From IMG/VR virus record IMGVR_UViG_3300047491_001507: a stretch of DNA of 64,000 nucleotides, one strand, 5' to 3'. Within the stretch, counting starts at the first letter, position 1. Each line of letters begins with the position of its first letter. Source of the DNA: a virus. Below the pieces are notes generated by a model. The model was not told the origin of the DNA, did no database searches, and was given only the letters and a program-made list of their open reading frames with translations. Positions 25,609-34,132 of the stretch are shown piece by piece. The translations under genes and the position numbers were made by a program.

Positions 25609-27906
25609 TTACCAAGGACTTCCTGTATCTTCCTCTTCTTCATCGTTATCATCATCATTTGATGGTTCTACGTTCTTTGGAGGTGTTGCCTTAGGTTTGC
25701 CTTCTGATTTTGTATCTTTTGGCGGATTTACCTTAGGCTTCTCTTCTGATTTTGTATCTTTTGGCGGATTTACCTTAGGCTTCTCTTCGCTTTTTGGTGT
25801 TATGCTAGTTTTAGCCTTAGCTGGTGGCTCTGCCTTTGGTGGCTCTTCTGCCTTTGGTGGCTCTTCTGCCTTTGGCGGCTCTGCCTTAGCTGGTGGCTCT
25901 TCTGCCTTTGGCTCTGCTTTGGCCGGTGGTTCTTCTACCTTTGGCTCTGCTGCTTTGGCCGGTGGTTCTTCTACCTTTGGCTCTGCTGCTTTGGCCGGTG
26001 GTTCTTCTACCTTTGGCTCTGCTGCTTTGGCCGGTGGTTCTTCTGCCTTTGGCGGTTCTGCCTTAGCTTCTGGCGTTTCTAATTTCTTAGCTAATTGTTT
26101 AATGAATTTATTGGTTATCTTTTCAACGTCTTTTTCTTCGTAATGCTTCTTTAAAACTTCTCTCATTTCAGATTCAGTTGAGAATTGAGCAAATGTATTT
26201 AAGAGTTTTTCAAAATACATTTGGTTTATTTTAAAGCTATCAACTAATAAATCTAAACTGTTAGCACTTGAACCTTTTGAAAGTTCTTTGAATTTTTTAA
26301 GCACCTCTTTCTCATATTCTTCAATAGACATGCCTTCTGAAGAATTTTTGGTCTTAATGTCTTTGACTCTGGCTTTCATATCTTTAGGCTTAGTTTCTTT
26401 TTTGGCATCTTTTGATAAAGCATTATTGATTTCGGCATCTGATTCTGCCGATTCTGCCGATTCTGGTGTTTCTGGCACAAAATCTAAATCGGGAATTTCA
26501 ATATTTCCGAATCGTTTACCAATAGCCTCTAATAAATGATAAAGGTACTTTTTATTGATTGCCTCTGCATATTGCATGTCTAACTCAACATTAATAGCAT
26601 GAATAATTTCTAATACATATTCTGCTTTAGAAATGGCAGGAGACAAAAATCTTATGACCTTATTTTTCAATTTGCCCTTATAAAACAAAATTTGAAAATG
26701 TTCTTTAATTTTGCCGTTTTCGTCATGCAATATATTTAACTTCAAAAACAACTTGAGTATTCTCTTGCAAATAGCATTGATCTGTCTGAAAGAAAAGTTT
26801 TTGCTATTTGGAACAATATCTTCTGGCTTAATCACTGGATATCGACTTACCTTGGCATCATATTCAGGAACCTTAAATCCAAGAACCTTGATTCCTTTTA
26901 ATATGTCTTCGGCTCTATTTTGGAAAGTCCTGTTGTCTGGCAAAGTCGATACCTTTCGGCCTTGAGTGTTACTCATGGCATTGTCGTCGCTTACCTCTTG
27001 TTCGTCTCCAACTATTTTCATATTCTGAGCCAAAGGTGCTGAATCAGATTTAGGACCAACTTCTGTTTGTGCAATTTTAGATTTAATCAAATCAATTAAT
27101 TGCTTCTTAAAGACAGCAAAAATATCACTGATATTAGAAGTGTTCTCTGAAAATACATTTTCAAGAATTTCAGCTTGTTCTCTAGTCGGATCGCCATGCC
27201 ATATACGACGAATGGGTCTGGTGGCTCTACGAAACATGCGACTCAAACCGCCTCTGATGCCGTCAGAAGGTAATTTATCTCCATATTTTGCTGGCTGGAA
27301 ATCTCCTGCTTTTGGTCTAGATTGACCTTTAAAATCTGACCATCTAGGATATCGTTTTGAAGGCCCTTCAGTTGGCTTGACTGCTGGTTTTGCTGTTGGT
27401 GCAACTGTTGGCTCTGCTGCCGGTTCTGTTGCAGGTTCTGAGGAAACATCTGCGGCTCCCTGGCTTGTGCTGCCAGATGGCAATTTGCTTCCACGGATAG
27501 GTTGAGGCCCTGGAACACTTGCGGACTTATCGCTACTTATGTCACTGCTTACAGGCGTATCACTTCTAGATAAACTGATGATTTGTTTGACATCTGATTC
27601 TAATTTATCAATTAGATCTGAGATATCTTTTAAATCCACGCCTGCCGTAGCTTCTTTAATTAGCTCATCTTTGTATTCCTGAATAAAATTGTTTATCCAA
27701 TATTTGTTAAATTCATAATCTTGTTTTCGAAAATTTAAGTAATGTGCTTCAGAAACAATACCATCAAACATTGATTCTGGTAATTTAACAACTTCTAAAA
27801 CAGTTAATCTTAATACTTCACAATACTGTTCTATGCTTTCTTTTAGCGAAAGTTTTGGAATGGAATCGACAATTTGATTTCTTCTGTATTCTGAAAAACT
27901 ATACAT
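25609..27906 (-). CDS. large hypothetical protein with C-terminal PAKAAEPKVEEP-type tandem repeats
   Basis: 765 aa. The C-terminus has about nine proline/alanine/lysine/glutamate repeats and then KSEEKPKVNPPKDT repeats. The nucleotide tandem repeats are at 25697-26090. Confidence 0.5.
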   Translation of the reverse strand: MYSFSEYRRNQIVDSIPKLSLKESIEQYCEVLRLTVLEVVKLPESMFDGIVSEAHYLNFRKQDYEFNKYWINNFIQEYKDELIKEATAGVDLKDISDLIDKLESDVKQIISLSRSDTPVSSDISSDKSASVPGPQPIRGSKLPSGSTSQGAADVSSEPATEPAAEPTVAPTAKPAVKPTEGPSKRYPRWSDFKGQSRPKAGDFQPAKYGDKLPSDGIRGGLSRMFRRATRPIRRIWHGDPTREQAEILENVFSENTSNISDIFAVFKKQLIDLIKSKIAQTEVGPKSDSAPLAQNMKIVGDEQEVSDDNAMSNTQGRKVSTLPDNRTFQNRAEDILKGIKVLGFKVPEYDAKVSRYPVIKPEDIVPNSKNFSFRQINAICKRILKLFLKLNILHDENGKIKEHFQILFYKGKLKNKVIRFLSPAISKAEYVLEIIHAINVELDMQYAEAINKKYLYHLLEAIGKRFGNIEIPDLDFVPETPESAESAESDAEINNALSKDAKKETKPKDMKARVKDIKTKNSSEGMSIEEYEKEVLKKFKELSKGSSANSLDLLVDSFKINQMYFEKLLNTFAQFSTESEMREVLKKHYEEKDVEKITNKFIKQLAKKLETPEAKAEPPKAEEPPAKAAEPKVEEPPAKAAEPKVEEPPAKAAEPKVEEPPAKAEPKAEEPPAKAEPPKAEEPPKAEEPPKAEPPAKAKTSITPKSEEKPKVNPPKDTKSEEKPKVNPPKDTKSEGKPKATPPKNVEPSNDDDNDEEEEDTGSPW
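25697..26090. repeat. in-frame tandem nucleotide repeats of about 36 and 42 nt inside the 765-aa gene
   Basis: tgctgctttggccggtggttcttctacctttggctc occurs three times. ccttctgattttgtatcttttggcggatttaccttaggctt occurs twice. ggtggctcttctgcctttgg units recur. Confidence 0.7.
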
Positions 27907-27953
27907 ATTTCCTCTTGGTGATTTAAAATATATAGTCCAAGATTATTTCATTT

Positions 27954-28481
27954 CTAAGGCATATATTCACCAATTTTCTTTAATGCCATTAAATTAGAAT
28001 CGTAGGTTTGAAAAGGGCTTGGTAAATATTGGTAGCAAATACGGTCAAACTCTGCTCCTTTGCCTTCTGGATATTCAAAATGAACATATTTTCCTTTTTT
28101 ACCAATAACTTTTACTCCAAGAGCTTTATCTGAATATTCTTTCATTAAAAGATAGGCGGCAACACCTAAGTCGGCAACAGTTTTGCAACGCCTCTCATCA
28201 GTAATTCCTGGATCAAATTCGTTGATTTTTTTCAAAAACATCAAACAAGAATCGAAGGTGTAAAACTCGTTTGGTGGTTGGTATTCCAGCACCAAACGAT
28301 CAAATTCTTTAGCTTCTTGCTCGTCTGAACATTCAAAATAAATCGATCTGCCTCTTTTGCCAATTACAATATAACCATGCATTAGAACATAGGCAGCTAC
28401 CCCTAAATCATTTACGAACTTATGAATACATTCTGTCATTTCTTCCCCTTTCTTGTTACTTAGTTGCATTCTCTGCGGCAA
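27954..28481 (-). CDS. protein with two tandem ~80-aa repeats of an uncharacterised domain
   Basis: NDLGVAAYVLMHGY...FECSDEQEAKEFDRLVLEYQPPNEFYTFDSCLMFLKKINEF matches ADLGVAAYLLMKEY...FEYPEGKGAEFDRICYQYLPSPFQTYDSNLMALKKIGEY. Confidence 0.45.
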   Translation of the reverse strand: MPQRMQLSNKKGEEMTECIHKFVNDLGVAAYVLMHGYIVIGKRGRSIYFECSDEQEAKEFDRLVLEYQPPNEFYTFDSCLMFLKKINEFDPGITDERRCKTVADLGVAAYLLMKEYSDKALGVKVIGKKGKYVHFEYPEGKGAEFDRICYQYLPSPFQTYDSNLMALKKIGEYMP

Positions 28482-29496
28482 TTAAACATCCACGGCTTAC
28501 ACAATACAAAGGATCATCTGGCCTGATAATTTCTCCGAAATTAACTGGAATTTGTGCATTAAGTAACAGATTCTTAAATAATGCATCAAAACCAGGAGGA
28601 CTTGCACTTCCACCGGCCACAATAACATCAATTGGATTGTCTAATCTTCTTATCTTTTCCTCATTTTCCATCAAACCTTTTTTAATTCCAGCTACTGTTC
28701 TCTCAATCATCAATTCATATTGAGTACGAATTGCTCTTTCTACTAATGTTGTTGGTGGTTTGGTCAAATTAATTTTGTGTTTTTCTTTGTTAATAAAGGC
28801 AATACTTTCTCCAGTAGCCTTGGCAGCTTGTTTATCAATCCAATCTCCTGAGTTTACAAGAGAAAAACTGAATACTTCTACGCCATACAAAGCAAATGCT
28901 ACATTGACCATGCCACTACCGCAACTTACGCCAAGACCTGTCCAATATTTGTTGGCGAGTTCAGAATACACAACTGCCATTCCTTCATTAATTGGACGAG
29001 CATCGACTGTGTAGCCTTGTTCGGACTTATAAGCTTTAAAAATAGCATCGAGTATTTTACGGTGATAATCTGCATCCGTTTCTTGATTAACTGCATTAGC
29101 AGGCACACTGTAATACATAATTTCCTTATCATGATCAATATTGTCCAATAAGCTGTGCATCATAATGTTCATGATCTGAAATGCGTCTTTTTCCTTGGGA
29201 TTGACACAGCCATCTTGCATAGGTCTACGAAGCGAAATCTGACTCATGGTGTAAGCAATGTTTACAGCAGCTTCGCCTAATGCATAAGCGATTTTGGCAT
29301 CTTCTCGTAAAATAAGAGGAACGCCAGATTTTTTCATCATATTGAAAACAAATTCGTTCTCCAGAGGCATTTCTAAGAATGCATTGACTTCTCTTTTATA
29401 AACTAAATCGCCTTTTTCGTTTCGTTTGCAAGTAACGATATTATAAGTACCTGCGTCAAATCCACAACTCATAAAATCCTCCAAATTATTTGCCAA
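28456..29496 (-). CDS. actin-like ATPase (ParM/MreB/Alp-like)
   Basis: Phosphate-1 is GFDAGTYNIV. Phosphate-2 is LGVSCGSGMVNVAF. The adenosine motif is VIVAGGSASPPGFD. The 346-aa size is typical of bacterial actins. Confidence 0.55.
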   Translation of the reverse strand: MANNLEDFMSCGFDAGTYNIVTCKRNEKGDLVYKREVNAFLEMPLENEFVFNMMKKSGVPLILREDAKIAYALGEAAVNIAYTMSQISLRRPMQDGCVNPKEKDAFQIMNIMMHSLLDNIDHDKEIMYYSVPANAVNQETDADYHRKILDAIFKAYKSEQGYTVDARPINEGMAVVYSELANKYWTGLGVSCGSGMVNVAFALYGVEVFSFSLVNSGDWIDKQAAKATGESIAFINKEKHKINLTKPPTTLVERAIRTQYELMIERTVAGIKKGLMENEEKIRRLDNPIDVIVAGGSASPPGFDALFKNLLLNAQIPVNFGEIIRPDDPLYCVSRGCLIAAENATK

Positions 29497-29707
29497 AATT
29501 CAACTTCATACCTGATGTAAAATCAGGTATGACATGATCTGTTCTTTCTATATGTTTTTCTTCTTTTAATGTAGTAACATCTGCTTCATTTGAAGATGCA
29601 TTTATCTGTCCGTCAACGGTTATATTAATGTTTAAAGTTATTTCTAATTCCCCATCTCTAGGTACAATTTTGATTTTTGTTGGACCTTTTTGAATAAGTT
29701 GCGGCAT
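29486..29707 (-). CDS. small hypothetical protein
   Basis: 73 aa. It overlaps the start of the actin-like gene by 11 nt. Confidence 0.3.
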   Translation of the reverse strand: MPQLIQKGPTKIKIVPRDGELEITLNINITVDGQINASSNEADVTTLKEEKHIERTDHVIPDFTSGMKLNFGK

Positions 29708-29708
29708 A

Positions 29709-30668
29709 TCACCACCTTTTAAACATCTCTTCTGTTTTTTCTAATATCATCTCCACTGTAATATTTGTTACACAAGGCTTAGGAGTATTTAGCGTCTTGA
29801 CGCATTTTCCCCATTCATAACATGGGCCACATTCCCAGTTTGTGTCAAGATTTCTGTGTTTTTGTACTAAAAAGAAATCAAAATATTTTCCATAAGTAAT
29901 TCCGTCTACAAAAGTAAATATGCCCACCAATGGTTTTTTCATGCCTCCAGCAGCATGAAATGTAGCAGTGTCTACACTAATCACATAATCGCTTTCATGA
30001 ATTACTGCTAACCACTGTCGCAAATTAATGTCGAAAATTGTTGGTATGTCATTTGCCAACATACATGGAATTACAGTATTATGTAGTCCGATTACACAAT
30101 ATCCCTTTTGACGCAAATTATAAACTAACCCCATGATCTGCTCTTCAGTCAAATTTTTATTTAACATTGCGGATATGGGCGACAAAATAACAATTTTTCC
30201 TGGACGATCTCTTTTTTTTTCTAATATGTACTTCCCTTCTATTTTCTCAACTTCTGAAAGATGAATGTGCATATTGTGTTCAGTTAATGTCAACCCGCAA
30301 TGTTCTGCCCAAATATCACTGCGATGCTTGTCGCAAAATGGAGCATATTTCATTTCATAACGACCGCAAATGGTAGAAGTGTTGTATGACATTAAATACT
30401 TTCTGCGATCAATCTCTTCTATGGTTAAAATCTTATCGACAAAAGGATGATCTTCAACAGCCGAATGGTAATATTTGGGACATGCAAAATGAATTTCAAT
30501 TTCAGGACATAATTTCTTAAAATCCTCAAATAACATCCTGTGCATTAAAATATCCCCCAAACCCCCCACATTACGTATAATTAAAAGTTTATTCTTAATC
30601 TCTTGGAATTCTTTGATATTTAATTGTTTTTTCTTAGGATGGCGATTTGGTTGAGTGATTATGGGCAT
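29709..30668 (-). CDS. GT9-like (heptosyltransferase-family) glycosyltransferase
   Basis: LLIIRNVGGLGDILMHRMLFEDFKKLCPEIEIHFACPKYY matches the GT9 N-terminal signature (iliIRlsalGDvl...p.a.idwlv). Confidence 0.5.
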   Translation of the reverse strand: MPIITQPNRHPKKKQLNIKEFQEIKNKLLIIRNVGGLGDILMHRMLFEDFKKLCPEIEIHFACPKYYHSAVEDHPFVDKILTIEEIDRRKYLMSYNTSTICGRYEMKYAPFCDKHRSDIWAEHCGLTLTEHNMHIHLSEVEKIEGKYILEKKRDRPGKIVILSPISAMLNKNLTEEQIMGLVYNLRQKGYCVIGLHNTVIPCMLANDIPTIFDINLRQWLAVIHESDYVISVDTATFHAAGGMKKPLVGIFTFVDGITYGKYFDFFLVQKHRNLDTNWECGPCYEWGKCVKTLNTPKPCVTNITVEMILEKTEEMFKRW

Positions 30669-30689
30669 TCAATAATAAAGTAATTAAAT

Positions 30690-30720
30690 AAAAAAAGGGC
30701 CACCGAAGTGACCCTTTTTT
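30690..30720 (-). terminator. strong rho-independent terminator with a UUCG tetraloop, probably bidirectional
   Basis: The minus-strand RNA folds as GGGUCAC-UUCG-GUGGCCC followed by UUUUUUU. A-tracts and T-tracts sit on both flanks. Confidence 0.65.
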
Positions 30721-30753
30721 CCAGACTAATCTGGTATCGATCTAACCATGTTA

Positions 30754-31344
30754 TCAGCTAGTTGGGACTGAGCGAATGGCTGCAATCCAACTTGCGTCTG
30801 AAGCTGCGGTTGACTTTAGTCGCAAATAAGTAATTGCTAAGTCGCCCTGATTGAAAATCTGAGTCTCGCCAGCTTTCAATGTAAATGTAACATCCGTATC
30901 TGCATTCAATTCACCCGAAACCGTTTGAGTAGCATCCAAGTTCTGGACCTGTAAGAATCGAGCGGGACCACCGTAGGTCGTTACGAAATCAACTACTGTG
31001 TCAGCGTAATCTGTCGTCAATGTCTCAGTTGCACCAGCAGCGAAAGTATTCTCTTCTGGAATATCACTGTATACACTGCCATCATCCGTAACTACTTCGA
31101 TGAAAGCTGCTTCTTGTGCTACCTGTGGATATGCAAATCGTTTCCAATAGTTGCAGTCCGTAAATGTAGCACCATCAACCAAAAGACGATAACTGCGATT
31201 CGGGCCAGCTACGAAAATCTGACGCTGCTTTGATGCAGTGAAAGGCGTGCCCAATGCACCATACGTGGTTGATGTGTCTGTGGTCGGATCAAGATCCAAT
31301 AGACCCTGCTTTACATTCTGTAATTTTACTCTAAATACTGACAT
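30754..31344 (-). CDS. Ser/Thr-rich structural-like protein that is probably highly expressed
   Basis: 196 aa. Its GC content is distinctly higher than the flanking DNA. It has a strong Shine-Dalgarno site (AGGAG) and a strong terminator immediately downstream. The sequence is T/S-rich (DPTTDTSTTYGALGTPFTASK, ATETLTTDYADTVVDFVTTYGG). Confidence 0.4.
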   Translation of the reverse strand: MSVFRVKLQNVKQGLLDLDPTTDTSTTYGALGTPFTASKQRQIFVAGPNRSYRLLVDGATFTDCNYWKRFAYPQVAQEAAFIEVVTDDGSVYSDIPEENTFAAGATETLTTDYADTVVDFVTTYGGPARFLQVQNLDATQTVSGELNADTDVTFTLKAGETQIFNQGDLAITYLRLKSTAASDASWIAAIRSVPTS

Positions 31345-31385
31345 GGAATTCTCCTGTTTTCTCTAATTTTTTCGTCCGTCAAAAT

Positions 31386-31982
31386 TTATATATCCCATAC
31401 CTCTCCTTTTAAAAATAATTTTTTATACAATCGTGTACCAATTCCTGTAGGCACTAAAAATGTCATTGTTTCATTAATAGCAGCATTAAATAAATCAGGA
31501 CTTTCTACTCCAGCTACACATCCTGCGAATTCCACGTTTCCATTAATTTCTACAGAGAATCCTTTGTCTAATAATTTCTGCCGTAATTTTTCAATTTGTA
31601 AAGAAGTCAAGCTTTTAGTTGGATGGTTGCCTTGAGTAATAATAACAGCCCTATTGGTCAATAAAGATTTTGTTGAATCGATAAAATTAAACCTGATTTT
31701 AGAATCTTCAATTAAATGCTCAATAGGATGGCGAATTCCGTCATAAGATAAAGTGTAAACGTAAGAATAAAGGCGTTTGTTAAGTTGAGACAGTCCAACA
31801 GCATTCTTGCCCGCTAAATGAACTTTATCGTCCTTACAAGCAATAGTTAATTTAATTGGAAAGTATTGTTTTTCAATTGCTGATGTTAAAAACTTAAGCA
31901 AAACAAGATATTCATCAGAATATCCTGAGTAAAGAATGCAATAATTATTGATAATTTTTGAATATTGTTCGAATGGTAGCAT
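31386..31982 (-). CDS. GT9-like protein, short form
   Basis: AVIITQGNHPTKSLTSLQIEKLRQKLLDKGFSV resembles the GT9 central region (ihpgas...KrWp.e.f.eLa..L...g..vvl). No clear Shine-Dalgarno site precedes the start. Confidence 0.3.
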   Translation of the reverse strand: MLPFEQYSKIINNYCILYSGYSDEYLVLLKFLTSAIEKQYFPIKLTIACKDDKVHLAGKNAVGLSQLNKRLYSYVYTLSYDGIRHPIEHLIEDSKIRFNFIDSTKSLLTNRAVIITQGNHPTKSLTSLQIEKLRQKLLDKGFSVEINGNVEFAGCVAGVESPDLFNAAINETMTFLVPTGIGTRLYKKLFLKGEVWDI

Positions 31983-32111
31983 ATATTATAATAATGGACG
32001 ATACAGAAAAAATCCAATCTGGTTTACATGCATTTCACGATTTTTTTCAACAATTTGGGGATGATGTCTATGCCAGAATACTTATTGAAGTAATTATGGA
32101 AGGAATAATCA

Positions 32112-32474
32112 ATGCTGAGACTCTATTTATATTTGGCGAGCAGGAAGAAGAAGGGAATCAAATTGATCACAGTGCTACAGGGAACCCAATCTGTTAATAG
32201 CGAATTGACAGATTTGGAAAGTCTAAATCTTAACGCTACATGGTCAAACAAAATTGCTAAAATCATTAACGAACATAAACTGCTCTATTTCCCTATGATT
32301 GAATCGGCAAAAGACTATCAAGAGTTAAAATCTAGATTAGAAAGTCGTGGTTATGATAATATCCCTTCCGGCGTTGTGCCTTTGTTGCATATGCAAGCAT
32401 ATGCAAAAGCTCCTATAGCTGATGTAAGTTCATGTAAAGTTGTGAAAACTATGATTAGAAGAGGAAAACAATGA
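32112..32474 (+). CDS. hypothetical protein
   Basis: An AAGGAA Shine-Dalgarno site precedes the ATG at 32112. Its stop overlaps the start of the next gene (ATGA). Confidence 0.4.
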   Translation: MLRLYLYLASRKKKGIKLITVLQGTQSVNSELTDLESLNLNATWSNKIAKIINEHKLLYFPMIESAKDYQELKSRLESRGYDNIPSGVVPLLHMQAYAKAPIADVSSCKVVKTMIRRGKQ

Positions 32475-33340
32475 ATGAATGCTTAGATCGTTTAAACAAC
32501 GAAAAAATGGAATTTTATAAGTTTGCATACCGAAATAGCAAACGATGGACTCCAGATCAAGGATCTTTAAATGGGAAAACAGTAATTGTCTATGGAGAGC
32601 AAGGATTTGGAGATATCATACAATTTTCTCGATATATTCCAATTCTTCAGTCTAAAGGCTGTAAAATATTGTTTGCCTGTCCCAAAGAATTGCATAGATT
32701 GTTTGCTTGTTTGAACGTGGAGCTTATTGATAAGGAAACTTTAGAATTACCACCCCATGACTTCCATATTTTATCCTTCAGTTTGCCTTTTGCCCTTCAA
32801 CAACTTCATGATGGAATAAAATTTCCGTATCTTGTTGTGCCAGAAAAACATGAAATTGATAAGATTGACAATGTTAAAAATATAGGAATTTGTTGGGAAA
32901 GCGGAGCAGACAATCAAAAAAATTGTCCTTTAAATTATTTTAGAATGCTAGCATGTCCTTATATTCGTTTTTATTCTCTTCAAAAACAAATTCTAATCCC
33001 TCAATTATTAAACGACTGTGATGATTTTGAATTGTTCGGGACTGAACTAGAAGATTTCTACGATACTGCCAAGTTAATTAATGCTATGGACATGGTTATT
33101 AGTGTAGATACGGCAGTATTGCATCTTGCAGGAGCTTTAAATAAGCTTACTTATGGAATTTTGAACTTTGAGCATGATCCTCGCTGGGATGTTGGAAATT
33201 GGTATCATAGTGCCGTTATAATAAGACTAAAACAAAGAGATAATTGGTATGCAGCATTTAAGACAATTATCGATATGTGCATCGGAATTAGATCTGCTAT
33301 CAATCCTGATGATGACTTAATGAACTTAATGTCTTCCTAG
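32471..33340 (+). CDS. GT9-like glycosyltransferase
   Basis: KTVIVYGEQGFGDIIQFSRYIPILQSKGCKILFACPKE matches the GT9 N-terminal signature. An AGAGGAAAA Shine-Dalgarno site precedes the start. Confidence 0.45.
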   Translation: MNECLDRLNNEKMEFYKFAYRNSKRWTPDQGSLNGKTVIVYGEQGFGDIIQFSRYIPILQSKGCKILFACPKELHRLFACLNVELIDKETLELPPHDFHILSFSLPFALQQLHDGIKFPYLVVPEKHEIDKIDNVKNIGICWESGADNQKNCPLNYFRMLACPYIRFYSLQKQILIPQLLNDCDDFELFGTELEDFYDTAKLINAMDMVISVDTAVLHLAGALNKLTYGILNFEHDPRWDVGNWYHSAVIIRLKQRDNWYAAFKTIIDMCIGIRSAINPDDDLMNLMSS

Positions 33341-33541
33341 CTCAATAAAAGCCATTGATTTAACCATTGCTGCAAAACGAGGCAGAGACCATGCTTTGGT
33401 AGGCAACAAATTCAAAGACTCAATGGCTGTAATTAAATTCTCTATTGGCATTTCTATGATGTTTTCTAGCTTTAGATTGTTTTTGTCACATAATGCATCT
33501 AATGCTTTGATAGCTTCGTATTGTTGCAATTTGTACATCAT
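33326..33541 (-). CDS. small hypothetical protein
   Basis: 71-aa ORF. Confidence 0.3.
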   Translation of the reverse strand: MMYKLQQYEAIKALDALCDKNNLKLENIIEMPIENLITAIESLNLLPTKAWSLPRFAAMVKSMAFIELGRH

Positions 33542-33783
33542 TATGCCACATCATCATATTGTGAATGTGCATCTTGCACGCAAGTTCTGAATTTTTCTAT
33601 TAAAAATTTAAGCTGAATAAGCAATTCGTAAAATTCCCCTCTATTGGAGGGTAAATCACGAAGTCTTATTTTCAATGCATTGATTTCTCTTCTTAATTTG
33701 TTCAATTCTGAAAGATTTTTGTCAGGAATGTAACTGAATGTTTTTGTTTCTTTGAACTCAAGCCATTTTTGAAAAATACCCAT
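33541..33783 (-). CDS. small coiled-coil protein
   Basis: 80-aa ORF (LNKLRREINALKIRLRDL). Confidence 0.3.
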   Translation of the reverse strand: MGIFQKWLEFKETKTFSYIPDKNLSELNKLRREINALKIRLRDLPSNRGEFYELLIQLKFLIEKFRTCVQDAHSQYDDVA

Positions 33784-33824
33784 ATTTTTTACCTATTCAG
33801 TTAGTGAGTATGGATAACATCAAA

Positions 33825-34127
33825 TTATGACTTGATTTTAACACAAAAACGAGGCAAGGAGAACTCCCCTGATTCTACTTCGATGTTAACCATTTTTCCT
33901 TCAATTGAAAGTACAGTTCCACCATTTTTGATGAACTCCTCAATTAAAGCTTCTGCATCATCAGTTGTTTCTATTTTTTCTAGCATCTTTTTTTGACTAA
34001 CTTTAGACTTAACTGGTTTTCCAATTACTTCGTCTAAAGCGTCTTTTTCAATATTGAAGAAGTTGGACATGCCTTGTTGGCCAGCCAACCAATTTTTAAA
34101 ATCTTTTAGTGATAATGGTCTGTTCAT
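33825..34127 (-). CDS. hypothetical protein
   Basis: 100-aa ORF. Confidence 0.35.
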   Translation of the reverse strand: MNRPLSLKDFKNWLAGQQGMSNFFNIEKDALDEVIGKPVKSKVSQKKMLEKIETTDDAEALIEEFIKNGGTVLSIEGKMVNIEVESGEFSLPRFCVKIKS

Positions 34128-34132
34128 AATTA

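Noticed and set aside
25697-26143. 148-aa plus-strand Gly/Ser/Ala-rich ORF
   Set aside because: It is an antisense reading of the tandem repeats inside the 765-aa minus-strand gene. It has no independent start signals.
31958-32197. 79-aa plus-strand ORF overlapping the start of 32112..32474
   Set aside because: It has no Shine-Dalgarno site, and it overlaps a better-supported gene that has an AAGGAA Shine-Dalgarno site. It is probably not translated.
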